Positions 61,279-64,000 of a stretch of DNA of 64,000 nucleotides are shown here, piece by piece. Origin of the DNA: Chloroflexota bacterium. Lineage in GTDB: Bacteria > Chloroflexota > Dehalococcoidia > UBA2979. The DNA is taken from contig VXOS01000142.1 of NCBI GenBank assembly GCA_009839925.1, positions 3,039 through 67,038 of the forward strand. Direction: 5' to 3'. The first letter of the stretch is position 1, and each line of letters starts with the position of its first letter. The notes under the pieces are model-generated. The model did no database searches. It was given only the letters and a program-made list of their open reading frames with translations, and was not told where the DNA came from. A program made the position numbers and the translations under genes.

Positions 61279-63978
61279 TCAGGGCAAGCTGTGCTCGACA
61301 GCCGCCGTCTCCTCTGTTGTCAGGCCGTACAGGTCGTAAACGAGCCCGTCTAGCGTGCGCTCCCACTCGTTCACGTCGGATCCTGCATCCGACGCCTTTG
61401 CGTCGATGATGCGGTCCACCAACTCCACGAACGGCCGCTGCTCCTCTACGCTAATCCGCGGCACAGGGATTGGGGCGACCGTGAGGCGCTCCCACTGGAT
61501 GAGCCCCATACCTGTGGTGAATGCGGTGCGTTCCATGAACCACTTGACAAGCGTACTGTTGAGAATCGCGGCAAGGTACTTCAGGGAAGGACCCGTAAGA
61601 ACATACCCTTTCTGGTTGCAGAACTCGTCGCTGTCCGAGTACGCGAACCGCCCCTCCGGTGACATAGTCGCCCAGAAGAGTTTCGGATTCTCGAAGGCCC
61701 GATATGCACCCGATCTGTAGTAGTCAACCTGAAGTTGCCACCAGTCATACGGTACGCGCCCCGTCCGAGGATTCGCGCCACCTCGGCGGCTCGCGAGTCG
61801 CTCTTTGTGAGTGAGTAGGTGCCTGCGTACTGCCGGATAGTCGTGCTCAGCCACCCCACTGTGACTGTAAATCAGCCACTTGTCCGCCCACTCCGCCTGC
61901 CAGCGACGGATGTCGCGACCCCGCAGAATCGGCTTGATGATCTCCGCCGACTTAGGATCCTCGACGACGAGGGCGTCTCGAGCGGCACTGTCGATGATGA
62001 ATGCCTCGTTGTACCCGGTCTTGATGCCATAGTTGAGCTTGACGCCGTCCCACTGCGCGAGCGGCGTCCCACGTGCACTCATCTTCGCCATCACCTCGTG
62101 CTCGGTGAGCGAGAGGATGCTCCACGGTGCCTCGGGTTCCGTGCGAATGAGGCCCCAGTCCTCCTCGGGTGGCGGGAAGGCGACTCCGGGCACTCGATCC
62201 ATGTCGACTGCGGGGAAAGGAGTAGACTCGCCTCCGGTGCGAAGCAGCAACACACCGCTGTCGACGATCGCGCTTTCGAAGACGTCCTTGCCGAGGTCGA
62301 GCCAGCGCAGCGGCTTGTGACTTCCGGCGAAGAAGCGGCGCAGGCGCTTACCGTAGGCCGCGCGCATCCAGCTGTTGGAGGTGATGTAGGCCAGTACCCC
62401 ACCGTCGGGCTTGAGCAGATCGCAACCGCGCTCGTAGAACAACTGGTAGATGTCACCGCTCCGAACGAAGGTCGTGTAGCCGGCGTCGCGATAGAGGTTG
62501 GCGAGCCGCCCGCCGTCGCGCTGCAACTGGTGGTACGGCGGGTTGGCGAGCACAATGTCAAAGCCGCCACCACGTGCGTCGCGGGCCTCGAACACCTCCG
62601 GGAAGGCCGAACGCCACTCGACGCCGCCGCCGGCGTCCGCCGCTCCCGAGCCGCCGTAGCGCTCCCGCAACCTGCGGTTGATTTCCGCGATCTGTGCGCG
62701 CAGAGCCGCCTTGGCGGGTCCGGCGAACTCGTGCATGTAGCGCGCCTTGAGCTCCTGCAGCTCCACTGTCTGGTCCCCGAAAGTCCCTTGGACGCCGCCC
62801 TCCCCTCCGTGCGCCGCCAGCAGGCTGTCCCCTGTCAGGATCCCTAGATCGAGGTTTGGTAGCGGCGGAACGGGCGGGGGGCCGTCGTACTCGATTGCGA
62901 GCGACAGCCACAGCCGCAACTGCGCGATGTGGACAGCAAACGGATCGATGTCCGCGCCGCGCAGGTTGCGCTCGATGATCTCGAGCTTGAGCGTATGGAG
63001 CGACTTGTCGTCTGCGCCGACGTTGAACAGCACGGTCTGGAGTTCGACCAACTCCTGCATCATCCCGAGCAGGTAGGCGCCGGAGCCGCAGGCCGGGTCG
63101 ACGACCGTAACCTCGCTCAGCGCGTCCGCAACCTTGCGCGCCGCCGGGACGTCTATGTCGTCGGTACGGTGCTTGTCCACGAATGCGGCGATCGCGTCGG
63201 GTGTTAGTCCGGTGTCGCGCGCATCGAGGTAGCCCTTGAGCGCCTCGCGGCACATGAACGACACGACCTGCCGCGGCGTGTAGTAGGAGCCGGACTGCTG
63301 GCGGCCCGTCACCAGTTCCTCGAAGACCTTCCCAAGCATCTCGGGATCGACGGCCACCTCGATGTCGAAGGGAGTCGACTCCATCACGGTGAAGTTGAAG
63401 CGCTCGAACAGGCTGGTTAGCACAGCCTCTACGGCGTCGTCGGGCACCGTGACGCCCTCGCGATTGTCGAGGTCGCCCTGCTCGAACAGACCGCCGTTGA
63501 GGAATTGGACCTCGCCGATCAGCGGGTTCGTTCCGTCCGTCAAGTCGCGGGAGTCGGGGTTGTTGAGCCCCACAAAGAACAGGGTCCTGAGCCGACTGAC
63601 GTGGAAGTTGTCACCCTCGCGGTGGTTCTGCCGGTAGTCGTTCCACAGCGCCTTGAGGTAGTCCGTGTCACCGCGGAACTTGAGCCAGCCCTTGCGCTGC
63701 AGGAAGTAGACGAACATCAGCCGGTTGAACAGCGTCTGGACGAACAGCCGACGCTCCTCGTCCTCGCCCTCGGCAAACCCCGTCACGCTCTGCTCGACCT
63801 GCTCGAAGACCCGCTTGTACTCCTGGAAGAACCGCTTGGTGACGGGCTCGACATCGAAGGCCTCGGTGAGTGCAACGCGGACGCTCCGGGTGTCCCGTGG
63901 ACCCCTGTAGATCTTCGAGAGCTGTTCGACGGGAGTTCGATTGTGCTCGCCACGCTCGAACACGAGGCGCCGCAGCAC
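61279..63978 (-). CDS. N6-adenine DNA methyltransferase, PglX/Eco57I-like (type IIG/BREX-type gamma-class). The N-terminus may extend beyond the window end.
   Basis: 899+ aa. N-terminal helical FxxxFNRLMFVYFLQRKGWL region. SAM motif VVDPACGSGAYL. Catalytic LANPPYHQL. The large C-terminal region serves as target-recognition domain. No stop occurs before the window edge. Confidence 0.85.
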   Translation of the reverse strand: MLRRLVFERGEHNRTPVEQLSKIYRGPRDTRSVRVALTEAFDVEPVTKRFFQEYKRVFEQVEQSVTGFAEGEDEERRLFVQTLFNRLMFVYFLQRKGWLKFRGDTDYLKALWNDYRQNHREGDNFHVSRLRTLFFVGLNNPDSRDLTDGTNPLIGEVQFLNGGLFEQGDLDNREGVTVPDDAVEAVLTSLFERFNFTVMESTPFDIEVAVDPEMLGKVFEELVTGRQQSGSYYTPRQVVSFMCREALKGYLDARDTGLTPDAIAAFVDKHRTDDIDVPAARKVADALSEVTVVDPACGSGAYLLGMMQELVELQTVLFNVGADDKSLHTLKLEIIERNLRGADIDPFAVHIAQLRLWLSLAIEYDGPPPVPPLPNLDLGILTGDSLLAAHGGEGGVQGTFGDQTVELQELKARYMHEFAGPAKAALRAQIAEINRRLRERYGGSGAADAGGGVEWRSAFPEVFEARDARGGGFDIVLANPPYHQLQRDGGRLANLYRDAGYTTFVRSGDIYQLFYERGCDLLKPDGGVLAYITSNSWMRAAYGKRLRRFFAGSHKPLRWLDLGKDVFESAIVDSGVLLLRTGGESTPFPAVDMDRVPGVAFPPPEEDWGLIRTEPEAPWSILSLTEHEVMAKMSARGTPLAQWDGVKLNYGIKTGYNEAFIIDSAARDALVVEDPKSAEIIKPILRGRDIRRWQAEWADKWLIYSHSGVAEHDYPAVRRHLLTHKERLASRRGGANPRTGRVPYDWWQLQVDYYRSGAYRAFENPKLFWATMSPEGRFAYSDSDEFCNQKGYVLTGPSLKYLAAILNSTLVKWFMERTAFTTGMGLIQWERLTVAPIPVPRISVEEQRPFVELVDRIIDAKASDAGSDVNEWERTLDGLVYDLYGLTTEETAAVEHSLP

Positions 63979-64000
63979 GGGCCGTGTACCAGTGAGGTCG

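Noticed and set aside
61279-63978. Calling the methyltransferase region a BREX system
   Set aside because: The PglX-like MTase is present, but no pglZ, brxL, brxC, brxA or brxB lies in the expected downstream positions. The upstream side is outside the window, so BREX cannot be asserted.

Overview
High-GC (~70%) bacterial chromosomal window, most likely actinobacterial. The first ~31 kb is a conserved housekeeping region. The second ~33 kb (≈31.1 kb to the window end) is a lower-GC, horizontally acquired defence/accessory island.

Core region, 1–31,140: 3' end of murE; a class-III aminotransferase; a VapBC TA pair; a minus-strand purine cluster (purS-purC-purB-cupin-purE-hyp-purD-guaA); an LRR lipoprotein; DUF3500; tsaC/yrdC-family; an MFS transporter; penicillin-acylase family; polyprenyl synthase; pgk; a Phd/VapC TA pair inserted before apgM-tpiA-miaA; acyl-CoA dehydrogenase; dapF; GNAT; dapL/dapC-like aminotransferase; a ydeI-like gene; a long-form dCTP deaminase. 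A ~640 bp gene-free gap at 25.4–26.1 kb may hold a structured RNA that I could not identify.

At ~31,141 the GC content drops and an accessory island begins. Its modules, in order:
- a CoiA-like Zn-finger/nuclease gene followed by a 1,283-aa TPR giant protein;
- a canonical dcd gene;
- solitary HicB-like, DUF104-like and DUF5678-like antitoxin-like genes, a retropepsin-like pseudogene and an HsdS C-terminal pseudogene fragment;
- a DUF433/DUF5615 TA cassette bracketed by 37–38 bp CRISPR-repeat-like direct repeats;
- a HicB–Zn-ribbon fusion divergent from a 1,458-aa STAND (Avs-like) NTPase that carries an N-terminal Cap4/DUF4297-like nuclease domain and is translationally coupled to a 486-aa unknown partner;
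- a ~15.6 kb minus-strand cluster. Gene order along the minus strand (transcription order, descending coordinates): PglX/Eco57I-like N6-adenine DNA methyltransferase (runs off the window end), two unknown genes (one possibly UDG-fold), a duplicated gene fragment, an RHH-like gene, a tightly overlapping six-gene operon built around two tandem TRAFAC-type P-loop GTPases (small membrane protein, two unknowns, GTPase, GTPase, 729-aa protein), and a small ORF followed by a PLD-nuclease–SNF2-helicase fusion.

The tandem-GTPase operon is the best candidate for an uncharacterised conflict/defence system. The STAND+partner pair, the CoiA+TPR pair and the MTase/PLD-SNF2 modules are further candidates. 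I found no integrase, transposase, rRNA or convincing tRNA. Many long ORFs in the supplied track are high-GC reading-frame artefacts overlapping real genes.
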